Part shown: positions 61,101 to 64,000 of the stretch, piece by piece
How the letters are laid out: every line of letters starts with the position of its first letter
Position numbering within the stretch: position 1 is the first letter of the stretch
Assembly: GCA_038065395.1 (NCBI GenBank)
Contig: JBBTRB010000004.1
Coordinates: forward strand, 6,042-70,041
Source of the DNA: Patescibacteria group bacterium
GTDB taxonomy: Bacteria > Patescibacteriota > Minisyncoccia > Phycocordibacterales > PALSA-1337
Length of the DNA: 64,000 bases
Direction of reading: 5' to 3'
Notes under the pieces: model-generated
The model's input: only the letters and a program-made list of their open reading frames with translations
The model's database searches: none
What the model was told of the DNA's origin: nothing
Program-made: the position numbers and the translations under genes

Positions 61101-61300
61101 CCGCTCATACTCTCCGTGAGATCCTCACGGTCAAGTCTGACGATATCGTCGGTCGTTCACAAACCTTCGACTCTATCGTCAAAGGCGAAGAGCTCAAGGC
61201 TCCGAACCTGCCTGCTTCGTTCAACGTACTCCTCAAGACACTCCGTGGTTTGGCACTCAACGTCGAATTACTCAAGAACTCACCAGTTGTAGAAGAGTAG
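58112..61300 (+). CDS. rpoB: DNA-directed RNA polymerase subunit beta
   Basis: Full-length 1062-aa RpoB with hallmark motifs ([45 protein letters not shown]). Confidence 0.95.
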   Translation: [1062 protein letters not shown]

Positions 61301-61318
61301 AATTTAACAAAGAAACAA

Positions 61319-62191
61319 TTGAACCATAAAACAATTAAAGCTATGAAAAATTCTATTCAACTCAATACATTCGACAGGCTCAGTACAAGTAAAGGCTTCG
61401 GCATTGTGCAGATCATTGCGATCGTCGCAGTTCTCGTTCTTGGTGGTGTCTATGTTGCACAAAAGGGAAGTAAGACTACTGATGTAGCGGCTCCTACGAT
61501 CACTCTCGTCTCTCCGAATGGTGGTGAGGCTCTGATCATCGGCTCTTCTACTCCAGTTTCATTCACAACTACCGGTGAGATCAAAGATGGTTACCAGGTA
61601 GTTATCTGGCTCGAAGAAGGCGCTGCACCACTTGCGACTATCGGCGCTACAACAACTTCATACTCACTCACCATTCCAGAGTCAGTCCTGATCGGTGGCG
61701 ATGCAGTTGCACCACTTGAAGCCGGTTCTTATAAGATCCGCGTGGCTCTCTATGACGGAGTTCCTTGTACAGGACATTGTCTTCCTACGGACGTGAAGGA
61801 ACTTGCGAGTGATAGTTCGGATGGGGAAGTAAAGATTGGTACGAGTTCGACCGCAGCACTTAAACTTTCGATGAAGGATTGGAAAATTTATACTGATACA
61901 AAAAATAAATTTTCTTTTAAGTATCCATCCGATTACACGGCAGCAGAAAATGATGGTGATGGAAGTTCTCCGGAAATAACATGGATTCATGTTTATTGTT
62001 CAGAAGTTTCGCCTGTCTGTGCCGGAAAAAGCATGAGCATTTACGTTTTTGCTGCAAATAGTGCACGTAATAATGTTCAAGCAAATAAGCTTCTTCAAAA
62101 TAACGGATTGAAGTATGAATTCAACTACATTGCGCCGTTTGATAAAAATATCGGAGATAGTATTGTTTCGAGTGTAACTTTTACCAATTAA
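61319..62191 (+). CDS. Hypothetical membrane-anchored extracellular protein inserted between rpoB and rpoC (likely start 61343, MKNSIQL)
   Basis: N-terminal TM (IVQIIAIVAVLVLGGVYV), Gly/Thr-rich beta-like body, AT-rich 3' third. Confidence 0.5.
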   Translation: MNHKTIKAMKNSIQLNTFDRLSTSKGFGIVQIIAIVAVLVLGGVYVAQKGSKTTDVAAPTITLVSPNGGEALIIGSSTPVSFTTTGEIKDGYQVVIWLEEGAAPLATIGATTTSYSLTIPESVLIGGDAVAPLEAGSYKIRVALYDGVPCTGHCLPTDVKELASDSSDGEVKIGTSSTAALKLSMKDWKIYTDTKNKFSFKYPSDYTAAENDGDGSSPEITWIHVYCSEVSPVCAGKSMSIYVFAANSARNNVQANKLLQNNGLKYEFNYIAPFDKNIGDSIVSSVTFTN

Positions 62192-62215
62192 GACCATTCA
62201 TTTAATAAAAAAACC

Positions 62216-64000
62216 ATGTCAAACGCAAATACACAACACGTCACCATCACCACGAAGAAGTCGACTGACCCACAGGATTTCGACTTTGTGAAGCTTTCCC
62301 TGACTTCTCCAGAGAAGATCATGGAATGGTCATACGGTGAGATCACCAAGCCTGAGACCATCAACTACCGCACCCAGCGCTCCGAGAAGAGTGGTCTCTT
62401 CGACGAACGTATCTTCGGTCCAGACCGTGACTATGAATGTTACTGCGGCAAATATCGCGGTATCCGTTACAAGGGTATTGTCTGTGAAAAGTGTGGAGTC
62501 GAGATCACTCGCTCGATCGTTCGCCGTGAACGCATGGGTCATATCGAACTGGCATCTCCAGTGTCACACATCTGGTTCCTCCGCTCGGTGCCATCTCGCA
62601 TCGGTCTCATTCTGGGGATGACAACTGCAGACCTCGAGAAGGTTGTGTACTTCGCAGGGTACATGGTCACCGTTGTTCATGAGAACGAGAAGGAGAGTTT
62701 CCTCAAGGAGCTCGACGCTGAATACAAGAACAAGGTCAAGACTGCCCAAGACGACAAGACCAAAGATGCTCTCAAAGAACTCCTTTTGAATGCTCGCAAA
62801 GAGATCGAGAGTATCGTCCCAGGACTCGTCATCGACGAAATGACGTATCACAAGTACGCCATGCGCTATAGTTCTATCTTCGAAGCGCTCATCGGTGCCG
62901 AAGCGATCTACGACCTCCTCAAGAAGATCGACCTGCCAAAGCTCAAGCTCGAGCTCGAGAAGGCCAACGAAAGTGCTGGTGCTGCTGACCGCGAGAAGCT
63001 CGCCAAGCGCATCGCACTGGTCAAACAGATGATCAAGGCCAAGCTCCGTCCAGAGTGGATGTTCCTCGTACGTCTACCAGTGATCCCGCCAGGTTTGCGC
63101 CCGATGGTCGCCCTCGAAGGAGGTCGCTATGCAACCTCTGACGTCAACGACCTCTATCGTCGTGTCATCAATCGCAACAATCGCCTTTTGAAACTCAAAG
63201 AGATCGGCGCCCCAGAAGTCATCCTCCGCAACGAAAAGCGTATCCTCCAAGAAGCTGTAGATGCACTGATCGATAACTCGATCCGTCACGCATCATCTGC
63301 TGGTGCAGCCGCAGCGGCCGCACAGAAGCGCGCACTCAAGTCTCTGTCAGACAGTCTCAAGTCCAAGCGCGGTCTTTTCCGTCAGAACCTCCTCGGTAAG
63401 CGCGTAGACTATTCTGGTCGTTCTGTCATCGTCGTCGGACCTGAGCTCAAGCTCGATGAATGTGGTCTGCCAAAGCACATGGCATTGGAACTCTTCCGCC
63501 CATTCGTGATCTCAGGACTTCTCAAGCGTGAGCTCGCCTACAACATCCGCGGAGCCAATCGTCTGATCGACGATGGTGCCAAAGAAGTTTGGGAGATCCT
63601 CGAAGAAGTCATCCGCGGCAAATACGTACTCCTCAACCGCGCACCGACATTGCACCGCCTCGGTATCCAGGCATTCCGCCCAATCCTGATCGAAGGCAAC
63701 GCGATCCAAGTTCACCCACTCGTCTGTACTGCTTTCAACGCTGACTTCGACGGAGACCAGATGGCTGTTCACGTACCGTTGTCAGAAGAGGCTCAGATGG
63801 AAGCTCGCGAGATCATGGCCGCAGACAAGAACATCCTCAAGCCGGGTAACAACGAACCAACCGTCGTTGCAAAAATGCTTGATATCGTTCTTGGATGTTT
63901 CTGGGTTACCAAGATGATCGAAGCCGGCAAGGGTGAAGGCAAAGTCTTTGAGACTCCTGATGCTGCGATCTTGGCTCAGAATTTCGGCGATATCAATCTC
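62216..64000 (+). CDS. rpoC: DNA-directed RNA polymerase subunit beta' (5' partial; continues beyond the window)
   Basis: Zn-finger [55 protein letters not shown] catalytic loop; frame open to nt 64000. Confidence 0.9.
   Translation, partial: MSNANTQHVTITTKKSTDPQDFDFVKLSLTSPEKIMEWSYGEITKPETINYRTQRSEKSGLFDERIFGPDRDYECYCGKYRGIRYKGIVCEKCGVEITRSIVRRERMGHIELASPVSHIWFLRSVPSRIGLILGMTTADLEKVVYFAGYMVTVVHENEKESFLKELDAEYKNKVKTAQDDKTKDALKELLLNARKEIESIVPGLVIDEMTYHKYAMRYSSIFEALIGAEAIYDLLKKIDLPKLKLELEKANESAGAADREKLAKRIALVKQMIKAKLRPEWMFLVRLPVIPPGLRPMVALEGGRYATSDVNDLYRRVINRNNRLLKLKEIGAPEVILRNEKRILQEAVDALIDNSIRHASSAGAAAAAAQKRALKSLSDSLKSKRGLFRQNLLGKRVDYSGRSVIVVGPELKLDECGLPKHMALELFRPFVISGLLKRELAYNIRGANRLIDDGAKEVWEILEEVIRGKYVLLNRAPTLHRLGIQAFRPILIEGNAIQVHPLVCTAFNADFDGDQMAVHVPLSEEAQMEAREIMAADKNILKPGNNEPTVVAKMLDIVLGCFWVTKMIEAGKGEGKVFETPDAAILAQNFGDINL

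Overview
This 64-kb window is a gene-dense bacterial chromosome segment. Reduced gene forms suggest a streamlined, possibly CPR/Patescibacteria-like organism (inference): a short IF-2, a ThrRS without the N-terminal extension, an AspRS without the GAD insertion, and few Shine-Dalgarno sequences. Recognisable core genes are ndh, msrA, msrB, aspS, nrnA, ppiB, thrS, a DEAH-box hrpA/hrpB-like helicase, a giant rpoD-like sigma factor, dnaE, rnhB, rbfA, infB, a NifS/IscS-type cysteine desulfurase, rpsP, a KH-domain protein, trmD, rpoB and a partial rpoC. There are four tRNAs (Arg-CCT, Phe-GAA, Leu-TAA, Cys-GCA). The accessory content is concentrated in the first 14 kb and at scattered sites:
- a 2907-codon, internally repetitive giant surface-fibre gene with an S74-chaperone-like C-terminal domain
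- a three-gene cohesin/dockerin cassette
- tandem paralogous small membrane proteins
- an M23 peptidase followed by a 2.1-kb two-gene insertion bracketed by 32-nt perfect direct repeats
- a sigma-70 gene fused to two DnaA-C-like HTH domains and a second region 4, next to a standalone DnaA-C-like gene
- an ORF inserted between rpoB and rpoC
- a roughly 120-nt structured repeat present in three full and one truncated same-orientation copies, always directly downstream of a gene or tRNA, with compensatory base changes in its hairpins (candidate novel ncRNA or miniature element).
No CRISPR array, rRNA, integrase or transposase was seen. Hand-counted coordinates of non-ORF features may be off by 1-2 nt.
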